Below are positions 26,903 to 38,601 of a stretch of DNA of 64,000 nt, piece after piece. The translations under genes and the position numbers were made by a program. The notes below the pieces were generated by a model. That model saw only the letters and a list, made by a program, of their open reading frames with translations, was not told the DNA's origin and did no database searches. The stretch covers positions 47,616,001 through 47,680,000 of the forward strand of contig OX597833.1 in the NCBI GenBank assembly GCA_951406725.2. The letters run 5' to 3'. Positions within the stretch are counted from its first letter, which is position 1. Each line of letters begins with the position of its first letter. The DNA comes from Octopus vulgaris (taxonomy: Eukaryota).

Positions 26903-27436
26903 GCCTAGGCTCCCTCTGACTGTTTCGGCATGGTTTCTATGGTTGAATACTCTTCCTAATGCCAATCACTTTACAGAGTGTAGAGAGAGCTTTTATGTGA
27001 CACTGATACATGCACTTTTATGTGGCCCCAGCACAGGCCAAATTTCCAAAATTCCATGACAAACATTTCTGGCCATTGGAAATGTTACTTGACTTGGTGA
27101 GAGTTGGCAATAGGAAGGGCATACAGCCATAGAAAAACTGCCTCGATAAATTCCATCCAAACTATATGAGCATGGAAAGGTGGATGTTAAATTGTGATGA
27201 TTCACAATTCTCATCCTGAAAGTTCTCCAAAAATGACTATTCCATTGATCAAGTCACACCCAGAGTATTTTCTGGACACTGTTGCTCATTTCCATTACAA
27301 ACACTCTGTAGGATGCTATGTTAAAATTGGTAATCCATCAGCCATATCACCTGGATTGGGAGACCCCTATGAAGGTCTAACAACATTCCCGGTCCAGGAA
27401 TGCAGTGCAAGTGAGGAATTGAAACCATTATTATTG

Positions 27437-27633
27437 TTTTATATATGCACAACAGTTTAAACAGTTGGAAAAGAAGAATTCCTCACATCAGGCTACAACA
27501 AGTAACCTTATATGCCAAGAGCCTTCGTAAGTATCCTAGCTGTCCCTAATAACACTGTTTTCTGGAGCTACACCAAACTAGGCTTTATGCCTATTTCCTT
27601 GATCCATCTGTTCAAATCTTTAGGAATAGTTCC
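27437..27633 (-). mobile_element. 3' end of an R4/Dong-like (RLE) LINE
   Basis: 27633-27508 translates GTIPKDLNRWIKEIGIKPSLV*LQKTVLLGTARILTKALGI*; (TAA)n/(TTA)n on both flanks. Confidence 0.8.
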
Positions 27634-27662
27634 TTATAATTATTATTACTATTATTATTTGT

Positions 27663-29120
27663 TTCTTTATTACCCACAAGGGGCTAAACACAGAGAGGAC
27701 AAACAAGGACAGACAAATGGATTAAGTCGATTACATCGACCCCAGTGCATAACTGGTACTTAATTTATCGACCCTGAAAGGATGAAAGGCAAAGTCAACC
27801 TCGGCGGAATTTGAACTCAGAACATAGCGACGGACGAAATACCGCGAAGCACTTCGCCCGGCATGCTAACGTCTCTGCGAGCTTGCCACTTTAATATTAT
27901 TATTATTAAGGTAGCGAGCTGGCAGAGCTGTTAGCATGCCAGGTGGAATGCTTAGTGGTATTCTGAGTTCAAATTCCGCCGGGATTGACTCTGCCTGCCA
28001 TCCTTTCAGGGGTTGATAAAATAAGTACCAGTCAAGGTATTTTCCTTTATGTTCTGAGTTCAAATTCTACCAAGGTCGACTTTGCATTTCATCCTTTCAG
28101 GGTCGATAAAGTACTAGTTGAACACTGGGATCAATGTACTCACCTAGCCTAGTCTCCCCACAGACTTCAAGCCTTGTGCCTATAGCAGGAAAAATTTTTA
28201 TTATGAAGGTGGTGAGCTGGCAGAATCATTAGTGTGTTGGACAAAATGCTTAGTGGTATTTTCCTTTATGTTCTGAGTTCAAATTCACCAAGGTCGACTT
28301 TGCATTTCATCCTTTCAGGGTCGATAAAGTACTAGTTGAACACTGGGATCAATACCAGTCTCCCCACAGACTTCAAGCCTTGTGCCTATAGTGAAAAGAA
28401 TTATAATTTCTTTTAATATTTTTATGCAGTGAGCCGAGCTGCAAAACGTCGAAATACGTATTTTCTGCCGCGTTCTGAGTTCAAATTCCGCCATCCTTTC
28501 GGGGTCGATAAATTAAGTACCAGTTATGCACTGGAGTCGATGTAATCGACTTAATCCGTGTGTCTGTCCTAGTTTGTCCCTTCTGTGTTTAGCCCCTTGT
28601 GAGTAGTAAAGAAATAGGTATTTCGACCGTCTTTATGTTCTGAGTTCAAATTCCGCCAAGGTCGACTTTGTCGTTCATCCTTTCGAACATTGGGATCGAT
28701 GTAATCGACTTACACCTACCCGCGTACTTGCTGGCCTTGTGCCAAAATTTGAAACCAATAATTTTAGGGAGTGGATTGGCTAAATGGTTGAGAGTCGGGA
28801 AAATACCATGCGCTGGTTGTTCCGACTCTTTACATTCTGAGTTAAAACACCGCTGTGGTCAGCATTACTTTTCATCCTTCTGGGGTCGATAAAATAAAGT
28901 ACCTGATTCCCTCAAATTATCTGACCTTGAGCTTAAAAACAGAAATCATTCTTCTCTAGCGTGGGTAGAAAGCCACAGATTAGGTGTACTCTACTCGAAC
29001 CAGTAAGTCGACTGGTTCTTATTTTATCGTCTTCGGCAGAATTTGAAACCAGAACGTAAAAATAAGGAAGCACTAAATACCGCAAGATAATATTCCGTAG
29101 CCTTTCCCATCATTCTGCTA
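27663..29120. mobile_element. Cluster of about 8 SINE family B copies and fragments, both orientations
   Basis: Repeated TTCTGAGTTCAAATT...GTCGACTTTGC.TTTCATCCTTTC.GGGTCGATAAA units. Confidence 0.88.
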
Positions 29121-30129
29121 ACGTAATATAACATTAATAATATAAATATTTTTCGTATCGAGCACTCATAGTCCCTTATCAATTAGAAGCCTAATACTTT
29201 CTTAGTGCTGCGGCAGCCGCCGTTCCACATCGTGGTGGGGCGGGGACGATGATGTTTATGCTAAGATTGTTGTTTATGCAAGGTAAAGTACAAACTGATG
29301 TCATTGATCCTTCTCAAGCCACTAGTAATACTGTTCACCATAAATAACATTCGTATTCGGGCGGTTATACTTAGTCAACTTTTATTATTTTAATATGTTT
29401 ATATACAACTCAGGGTTTGACAGAAGCTCCTAACTAAAGCAGCAACACCTAGCCGTTTGAATTATAACATACCATATGGGGTTTCGTCGTTTTTTCTTTT
29501 TTTCTTATTTTCAGTAGTTGATGAATATGCCTCTCTATTGAGGTCTTCGCGAAGCGGTAAACGATACAGTCGGGGTTAATAGTACTTTTAAGGTTGTCCA
29601 ACAGATTAATAACAAACGAAATAAACATATGACGTAGCTACTTCCTTCGACTCCAACACAACACATATTAAATTCTTATAAAAATGGCAACGAACTTGCG
29701 AAATAAAACTGAAAAACAATTTAAGAAATTCGTAGCATAAAATCTTTGGTATTTTGATGTTGTTATGATTCCTCTTTTATTACACATTTTCGTTTTTGTT
29801 TCTTGTATTTTTTTTTATTTTCGGTCGCTGCTATTTTTTTTTGCAAGAGTAATTCTGTTATCATCAAATTATGAATGTAACAAAAGAATTCGGTCAGTTA
29901 TTGGTTTACTTATATTACCTTCTAAGTGTGCAGTGTTTCGATTGTTATTTTGAAAACTAATGAGTTATATAAAGAGAGAGAGATTAAACTGTTCTAAGGT
30001 AGCCCAATTCAGCAACAACAGGCAATGAAAACAGTCACTGATGGGTCGAACAAAACGAATAGATTTTAACTCTGGAGGCGAATTATGTCATACTTATTCT
30101 ACACACGCATTCCCACCACGAGTAAAACG

Positions 30130-30350
30130 ATAGCGCCTTTACGTGGTCGCTCGACACGCTAGAAATAGCAGCCATGTTTCCCTTTAAATTGAACTTTGCT
30201 GTGTGTTTTTTTTTTTTAATGGAAGGGCGCATGAGGGTTATGTAACGTAGTCCTAAATATGTAGTGTCTGAATAAAAGATGAGATAGTCATGGTTGGAAC
30301 GCCTTGCTCGATCGGGATCTAACCTGGGACTAATACATCAACGACAACGA
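30130..30350 (+). mobile_element. Dispersed SINE-like repeat (family E)
   Basis: GCTAGAAATAGCAGCCA...CCTGGGACTAA..(CAA)-rich tail; relatives at ~8050-8190 and ~32820-33030 (minus). Confidence 0.55.
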
Positions 30351-31424
30351 TGATTAGTTTGTTAAGAAGGGAGGCAAGGAAGTAAACTTTTGGAAAGATG
30401 AGAAGAATAAATGTCAAAAATATCACATAAAATGTTTAACTGCATTTGAAATATACGATCTGCCTCTCTGTCTCTGCTTTCGTAAAGAGGATACATAATA
30501 TGCAAAAACCCTCATGTAATCGTGTAATCCAGCAGTTTATGCGCTCACACCAATCAAAACAAAATAACAGATACTTTAGTTAGCTATTTTATGTAATAAT
30601 ATATATGTGACGATATAATTGACCTTTGCATCGTATTCAGTTCTATCCGTTGCAAGCACATGGAATAATATATGTATGTGTGTGTGTATATATACATGTA
30701 TGTATATATGTATATATATATATATATGAAAGCGTAGAAAATATAATAATCATTCCATCAAATTTTTGTAGTAAAAAGCATTATAACAAACAATACTTCA
30801 AGATCGAAAATAAAATATAATGAAAAGTTAATTTTTTTTAAAATAGCAATAATAGAAATAAAAGAGGGAAAATTCGTATAATTTATAACAGTTAATTAAA
30901 ATATCATAGCTGTATAATGTAATAGCTTAAACTGGAATAAAAATCATTTAATTACTTGCCACACTGCACTGATTCTGTCCATCCATATCGACTTGATTAA
31001 AACAATTCTAGTGACTTATTATTACAATATTTAAATTGTTGCTCGATGTGACGGTGTGATAGCAAAACGTAATGCATAGCTATGTTCCCCGATGCAGCAG
31101 GTTACAGAAGAACTGTATTGAGAGGTTGAAGTATATTCTTAACAAAAAAAAAAAAAAAAATCTGATATTTGCTAATTCTTTATAATATACGTAATTTTTG
31201 GAAAATTATAACAAATGCTTGAACGGAGAAGCTGGAAATGTTAGTGTTTTTATTTAAGAAAAGAAAAGAGGTGGAAGAAAAAAAGAGAAATGAGTAGTGG
31301 GCAATATTAGTTAAAACTGCATGTATCAGTAGTGGAAACAAAAACAGATTGTGAGAAGTTAAAGGGCGCAGAGAGAGAGAGAGAGAACATCGTGGATTTT
31401 GCAGTATAATTTGATTTGATTTAC

Positions 31425-31472
31425 CTTCTGAGATGCGGATTGCGTCGAGGGAGTTCCAGTGACAGTCTTCAT
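31425..31472 (-). other. Candidate short first coding exon (MKTVTGTPSTQSASQK)
   Basis: ATG-initiated 16 codons ending AAG|GTAAAT in a repeat-poor, CpG-richer zone; no homology recognised. Confidence 0.2.
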
Positions 31473-32179
31473 CCGTATATATAACTAGTTGGACTTTTAG
31501 ACACTTAATAATTCTGAGATAGTCTGTTAATAATTTAACGTCAGGACAACAAAATTACAGTTCTTAGCAACAACAGCAGTCGCGAAACGATCAGCTGTTT
31601 GAGGCCGACTAAAAATAGTGCCGGGTTAGAGCGAGCACTGATGGGGTGTGATTTCAAATTACATCTTTCTTTCGTATTACGAAATGACAGGAGCTAGAAG
31701 ATGGCAAAGGAGGAAGAGGAAGGCACAAGCAGGATATTGCCACCAACGATTTCTTCTCACGTTTGTGATGTGATAGTGTTATAATTATTGCCATGACCCC
31801 ACGGATATGAAAATGATGATTTCGTTTTCCATAGTGGTCGGCTTTCGGCTTGCTTATTTACGTATTCACGACTGATTTAGCGGATGTTTTATTTTGAAAA
31901 GATATCGCATATTTTTATTTAGAAAACGAAAATAGCTTTCACAAAAAAAAGCTGTTTGTGTGAATAAAGAAGGCACGTGTTTTCGTGTACACAAACGTAC
32001 AATGAAATGATTAAAATATATTACCGAGCTACCATGCATATTCTATGCATTTGTATATTGAAGTATGCTTGCACTGACAGGAATAGGTGCATACGTGACC
32101 TTTCACACATGCACGCATACATTGCACATGTATACGTTATATATACATGTAAATAGGTTATATATATACATGTATGTAT

Positions 32180-32187
32180 GTAGATAT

Positions 32188-32235
<48 letters not shown>

Positions 32236-32351
32236 AGTATATAGAATAATAGATAGAGAGAGAGAGAGAGAGTAAGATAGATAAATAGAGAGAGAGAGAA
32301 AGAAAGAGAGAGTAAGATAGATAGATAGATAGATAAAGTATATAGAATAAT

Positions 32352-32382
<31 letters not shown>

Positions 32383-32568
32383 TAAAGTATATAGAATAAT
32401 AGAGAGAGAGCAAGATAGATAGATAGATAGATAGATAGATAAGGTATATAGATAGATAAAGTATATAGAATAATAGATAGATAGGTAGGTAGGTAGATAG
32501 ATAAGGTATATAGATTGATTGATAAGGTAGATAGATAGATAAAGTATATAGAATAATAGAGAGAGAGC

Positions 32569-32636
<68 letters not shown>

Positions 32637-32730
32637 ATAGATAGATAGATAGATAGATAGGTTGATAGATAAGGTATATAGATTGATTGATAAGGTAGAT
32701 AGATAGATAAGGTATATAGATAGATAGATA
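32180..32730. repeat. (GATA)n/(GA)n compound microsatellite with higher-order units
   Basis: GATAAAGTATATAGAATAATAGA recurs five times within the (GATA)n tract. Confidence 0.92.
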
Positions 32731-33228
32731 AGTACTCCTTTTCAAATTAACATTGTTGCACATTGATAAGCGTTCCACAACCTTGTATGCATGCATGCAT
32801 ACACACACACGCACACACAAATGTATGACCGTGTGATAAAAATCCTTATGGTTGTGGTTTAGCCCCGAGGAAACCCAGATCGAGCAATACTATGATCAAA
32901 ACCCATTACGTCTGTCTTTTTAAGAGTGTCCATAACTGTACATTATGCAATGTATTCTACTCTATCTAAAGTGTACGATTTGAGTAGGGAGAGATTTTGG
33001 CTGCTATTTCTGGCAAGTCGAGTGACCGCAAAGAAATTCGTTAAATATGCGGGTCTATGTATGTATGCCTGCATCTGTCTATATACTATAGGCACAAGGG
33101 GGAAGGAGCAAGTCGATTACATCGACCTCAGTGCGTAACTGGTACTTAATTTGTCGACCTCGGCTGAATTTGAACTCAGAGCGTAGCGGCAGACGAAGTA
33201 CTGCTAAGCATTTCGCATATATATATAT

Positions 33229-33390
33229 AGGGGGAGAATTCATTAAAAAAAAAAAGACGAAAACAGGTGGTGTAGACAATAAGCAGATGTATTAGTTTAA
33301 CGCTCGGGTAGTGAAAAAGTCTTTAACGTTTCGAGCCTACGCTCTTCCACAGAAAGGTACACAGAAAGAGAAAATAAAAAGGTTTAGTGG
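33229..33390 (-). mobile_element. Short Penelope-like insert with degenerate hammerhead (33321-33356)
   Basis: Minus strand CUUU-CUGUGGAA-GAGC-GUAG-GCUC-GAAA-CGUU/AAAG; between (TA)n and (TG)n. Confidence 0.6.
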
Positions 33391-33481
<91 letters not shown>

Positions 33482-33984
33482 TATGTATGTATGTCAAGTG
33501 CGTATATTCCGGGTGTGCGAGATCTGCATTGCACACCCATCGAAAAAGGCAAAAGTATTATAAATACTAACCTAACTTATTAATTTAATTATAAATTTTA
33601 ATGGAAAACTTTGGTTATATCTCTGCTTGAAATTTGGTGGCATTGGGTGTGGCACCACCCAATAATATAGATAGATAAAACACCCAATAAAACAACTAAT
33701 ATATATATATATATCGGTTATAAAATGAGATAGGGGTTGAAAATTCAACCCACCATGGGATAACATATATCCAATATACTGCTAGAGAGGTACCCAACAA
33801 TACTAATACATAAATGTTAAAAATTGCCATGCAATTAATTCTTCTACTGTATTATGTGGGCAAAGGTAAAAATATTACCGTAAATTAATACTACAAAATT
33901 AGAAAATGGAGAAACATACTTAAATCAATCAAATATCAACCATCAGATGATACCCAATCAAATCAATACTTTATTACACCATTG

Positions 33985-34200
33985 TATAGGTTCCCCACCT
34001 GGACCGGACGCCGGTCCGTCGTAGGTGAGCTGCCAGAAGCAGGAGGAAAGAGTGAGAGAAAGTTGTGGCGAAAGAGTCAGCAGCCGCGTAGAGCTTAGGT
34101 ATTTCGCTCATGAACACACACATCGCCCGGTCTGAGATTCGAACCCGCAATCCCTCGACTGCGAGTCCGCTGCTTTAGCCACTAGGCCATGTGCCTCCAC
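33985..34200 (-). mobile_element. SINE family C
   Basis: GTGGAGGCACATGGCCTAGTGGCTAAAGCAGCGGACTCGCAGTCGAGGGATTGCGGGTTCGAATCTC tRNA-like head. Confidence 0.8.
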
Positions 34201-34211
34201 ACACACACACA

Positions 34212-34266
<55 letters not shown>

Positions 34267-34335
34267 GCATACAGAATTTGTGTGTGTGTGTATGTGTGCG
34301 TGTATGTATGTATGTATGTATGCATGTATGTATGT

Positions 34336-34466
34336 CAAGGGCGTATATTCCGGGTGTGCGAGGTGTGCACTGCACACCCATCGAAAAACGCTAAATCATA
34401 ATAAATATTAACCTTACTTATTAATTTAATTATAAGTTTTAATAGAAAACTTTCGTTATACCCCTG
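34336..34466. mobile_element. Small MITE-like repeat (~130 bp), second copy at 33495-33625
   Basis: Termini CAAGGGCGTATA / TATACCCCTG; both copies share (TATG)n left and CTTGA right flanks. Confidence 0.55.
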
Positions 34467-34485
34467 CTTGAGATATATATATATT

Positions 34486-34956
34486 AGAAGAAATGAGGTA
34501 CTCAGAAGATCGGATGGTTTATATTTAAAGATATTTATTTGTATATTACATTTTTTATATATATATCATATCACTTAGATCATTAGCGCTTTCTCCCATT
34601 CTAGTGGGGTTTTCAAATCATATATATGGCGAGGCTAAATGTGAGTTTATTGAACGGACGTTAGTAAATTCTTGTTGACAATTTATTTATATATACCTTT
34701 GTTAGGCGCTTTAACTTAAATACGCGCCAACAGCGAATGTATTGATGCGTAAGTAAAAATCAGTGCCTGCTACTCTTCACGTTTTTTTTATATACGAGAA
34801 AAGTAGTTGTAAGACTGTGTGTGACTAGTGACTACTATAAACGAACCAAATATACCCTCACCCCACCTGACGAGCCGGTAAGTACCAAGCGAAACTAGTC
34901 GTGGTGTTCTTCGACTAATTCTGCTGGGAGAACCTTGCAGTGTCACCTCGGGGGTC

Positions 34957-34958
<2 letters not shown>
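34486..34958 (+). mobile_element. Penelope-like / retrozyme-like non-coding insert
   Basis: Bounded by (TA)n and (CT)n; carries an intact hammerhead core; no ORF. Confidence 0.6.
34863..34904 (+). ncRNA. Minimal type-I hammerhead ribozyme
   Basis: CCAC-CUGACGA-GC(CGGUAAGUACCAA)GC-GAAA-CUAG-UC/GUGG: complete conserved core, G10.1-C11.1 pair, palindromic stem III ACUAGU, GUC site at 34898-34900, 4-bp stem I. Confidence 0.8.
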
Positions 34959-35007
<49 letters not shown>

Positions 35008-35039
35008 GATATGTATGTATATATATATATATATATGTA

Positions 35040-35422
35040 TGGCTGTGTGGTAAGTAGCTTGTCTATCAACCACATGGTTCCGGGTTCAGTCCCACTGCGT
35101 GGCACTTTGGGCAAGTGTCTTCTACTATAGCCTCGGGCCGACCAAAGCCTTGTGAGTGGATTTGGTAGACGGAAACTGAAAGAAGCCCGTCGTATATATG
35201 TATATATATATATGCGTGTGTGTGTTTGTCCCATCCAACATCGCTTGACAACCGATGCTGGTGTGTTTATGTCCCCGTTACTTAGCGGTTCGGCAAAAAG
35301 AGACCGATAGAATAAGTACTGGGCTTACAAAGAATAAGTCCCGGGGTCGAGTTCCTCGATTAAAGGCGGTGCTCCAGCATAGCCGCAGTCAAATGACTGA
35401 AACAAGTAAAAGAGTAAAAAGT
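35040..35422 (+). mobile_element. SINE family A
   Basis: Family A head, core and tail. Confidence 0.9.
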
Positions 35423-35728
35423 GTAATATATATATACATACATACATACATACATATATATATAAATTTAAATAATAAGGGTGAAAAATTAAATATTAAT
35501 TTGATTAATATCAATTTAAAACCAGTGGCCTAGCATATTGAAAAATCTGAAGATTCAGAAAAATGATATTACATACATATAAGCGGGATGACACTACGTG
35601 GATATCCATTATGCTAGAAGTAGACCCCCTATGGTCTTACCACTAAGAAAAGATTGTTCTCATGAAAATTCAGCCCTTGAGTTTGCTGCTCACCCCGGGC
35701 CCGCCCGCAAGCCTATAAAGGCTTATAT

Positions 35729-36038
35729 CACCGTGATCACCGTGACCGACCAGGCTATCAGATGTTGCTACACATCGTTGGTCACAATGCGCTTCGCATT
35801 CTTTTGGCCTTCAAATGACGCCACCCCGCTGGCTAAGCGAGCAGGCCAACAGAAGAAAGAATGAGAGAAAGTTGTGGCGAAAGAGTACAGCAGAGATCGC
35901 CACCACACCCTGCCGGAGCTCGTGGAGCTTTAGGTGGTTTCACTCAATAAACACTCACAACGCCCGGTCTGGGAATCGAAACTGCGATCCTACGACCGCG
36001 AGTCCGCTGCCCTAACCACTGGTCCATTGCGCCTCCAC
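35729..36038 (-). mobile_element. SINE family C with TSD
   Basis: 14-bp TSD ATAAAGGCTTRTAT at 35715-35728 and 36039-36052. Confidence 0.9.
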
Positions 36039-37351
36039 ATAAAGGCTTGTATAGCAGTCCCAAAGTGCTGCGCCTCATAAAAGCGTCGTCCGGGGCGAAC
36101 CGCTTCTCCCTGTCACTGGCTACATTACTGAGGTGACCAGTTAGGACATAGGATCAAAATCCACTGTAGTCCTGGTAGAAAATGGAAGAACGAGGGCTGT
36201 GTTGGTGTGTGATTTCATGGAAATTATTCGAGTGGATTTTGTATTTTCTGGATGTCGTCTAACATGTCCTTGTAAGCAGCAACAGCAGCAGCAGCAGTAG
36301 CGGCAACGGCTGCGGCGGCCCAGACGTGGAAGTAGTGTTCCGTTTTTTTGTCGCTTGAGGTTTGCAAAGAATTAGAAACTACTGGGAACTGATGTATTTT
36401 CTGACCCTGAAGGCCAGTCTTCGGATTGCATGTCTGCTATGTTATAAAAATGAGATCGCCAATAATGCCGTTTTAAGGCATAGTCACAGTGGACAATTGC
36501 CCAGTGGCCTCAACATCTAGGAGTCCAATTCTGATATATGAATGTTGTGGATGGCAGTCGATATGTAAGCACAATAGAGCTCAGTACATTTGTTTGTTTA
36601 TGGGCCTATATATAAACTTAAATAATAAGGGTGAAAAATTGAATATTAATTTGATTCATATCAATTTAAAACCAGTGGCCTAACATATTGAAAAATCTGA
36701 AGATTCAGAAAAATTATATTACATACATATAAGCGGGATGACCACTAAGTGGACATCCATTATGCTAGAAGTAGACCACCTATGGTCTTACCACTTAGAA
36801 AAGATTGTTCTCAAGAAAATTCAGCCCTTGAGCTTGCTACTCACCCCGGGCCACACGCAAGCCTATAAAGGCTTATATCACCGTGACCGACCAGGCTATC
36901 AGATGTTGCTACACATCGTTGGTCACAACGCAAAGACAACCCCGATCGCTAGGAAAGTTCATTAGTAGTTATAGTAGTATAGCGACTTTGAAGGTTTTAG
37001 TAACGTGTTGTCCGTGACGGGGGTGGGTAAGTACAACCATTTCTCAATATGAGCAGTGACTGTATCTTTGTGCTGTTGAGGGAGACAATATTGAGATGGC
37101 ATCCCAACTAGAGAATGTCTTCGATGTCTCTGTTCAGAGAGACAGTGCAAGTTTTGGCGAGAAGTGTCCAGGTTGCGTATGGATGACGCTTGCGCGTGGA
37201 AAGTCATCGACCAAACTCTTAAAAGCGAAGGTCCACTCTTGAGTGATATTGATAAACAATATCTTTAATAGATATCGCTCCACAGAAACCGTATTGGTGA
37301 TCAGAGAAAACAAAAGGAAGTTCAAACCGTCGGAGAAGGTATTAACGACTC

Positions 37352-37948
37352 CGGCGAGCTGGCAGAAACGTTAGCACGCTGGACGAAATGCTTAGCGGTA
37401 TTTCGTCCGCCGCTACGTTCTGAGTTCAAATTCCGCCGAGGTCGACTTTGCCTTTCATCCTTTCGGGATCGATAAATTAAGTACCAGTTACGCACTGAAG
37501 TCGATGTAATCGATTTAATCCGTTTGTCTGTCCTTGTTTGTCCCCTCTGTGTTTAGCCCCTTGTGGGCAATAAAAAAATAGGTATTTCATCCGCCGCTAC
37601 GTTCTGAGTTCAAATTCCACCGAGGTCGACTTTGCCTTTCATCCTTTCGGGATCGATAAATTAAGTACCAGTTACGCACTGAAGTCGATGTAATCGATTT
37701 AATCCGTTTGTCTGTCCTTGTTTGTCCCCTCTGTGTTTAGCCCCTTGTGGGTAGTAAAGAAATAGGTATTTCATCTGCCGCTACGTTCTGAGTTCAAATT
37801 CCACCGAGGTCAACTTTGCCTTTCATCCTTTCGGGGTCGATAAATTAAGCACCAGTTATGCACTGGGGTCGATGTAATCGACTTAATACCTATGTCTGTC
37901 CTTGTTTGTCCCCTCTATGTTTAGCCCCTTGTGGGTAATAAAGAAATC
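37352..37948 (+). mobile_element. SINE family B tandem trimer with one TSD
   Basis: One head plus three ~184-bp bodies; 14-bp TSD GGTATTAACGACTC at 37338-37351 and 37949-37962. Confidence 0.93.
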
Positions 37949-38014
37949 GGTATTAACGACTCGATTGTCTCCACTCCATTTGAAATGGTGGAAATGAGAA
38001 CGATAGTTCGTTAG

Positions 38015-38215
38015 TGTTATGTCGCACAATACTACACAGTGGCTGTGTGTGCTTCGAAATCCTCGTCGACACTGTTATGTCGCACGTTCGGATGCCTTCT
38101 ACTCTACTACTCTACTGTTCTCTAGTCTACTCTGTTCTACCGACATCTAGGCTTCTCCCGCTATATCTACGTATTGGGCTAGCCTACTTCATCGTCTGGG
38201 GGCGTCCACACAACA
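38015..38215. mobile_element. Solo LTR, 201 bp
   Basis: TGTT...AACA termini, 5-bp TSD GTTAG (38010-38014, 38216-38220); removal restores the LINE motif. Duplicate at 52461-52661. Confidence 0.8.
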
Positions 38216-38375
38216 GTTAGTTAAGAGGGTTCGTAAAGGTTGCCCTTGTTGGGAGAGACACAATAATGTTAACAAAGATCACGATCCATGCATGTGAAAA
38301 GGGTGAGAGAATGGAGGATTAAATAACTTGGCGAAGATAGCAGGTAACTCTGGAACGTGTTGTTTGAAGGTAATG

Positions 38376-38601
38376 TCGAGCTGGCAGAAACGTTAGCACG
38401 CCGGCCGAAATGCTTAACGGTATTTTGTCTGCCGCTATGTTCTGAGTTCAAATTCCGCCAAGGTCGACTTTGCCTTTCATCCTTTCAGGGTCGATAAATT
38501 AAGCACTAGTTATGCACTGGGGTCGATGTAATCGACTTAATACCTATGTCTGTCCTTGTTTGTCCCCTCTATGTTTAGCCTCCTGTAGGTAATAAAGAAA
38601 T
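38376..38601 (+). mobile_element. SINE family B monomer
   Basis: 8-bp TSD AGGTAATG at 38368-38375 and 38602-38609. Confidence 0.9.

Noticed and set aside
37352-37948. Regularly spaced repeats suggesting a CRISPR array
   Set aside because: Whole units are repeated with no unique spacers; eukaryotic SINE multimer.
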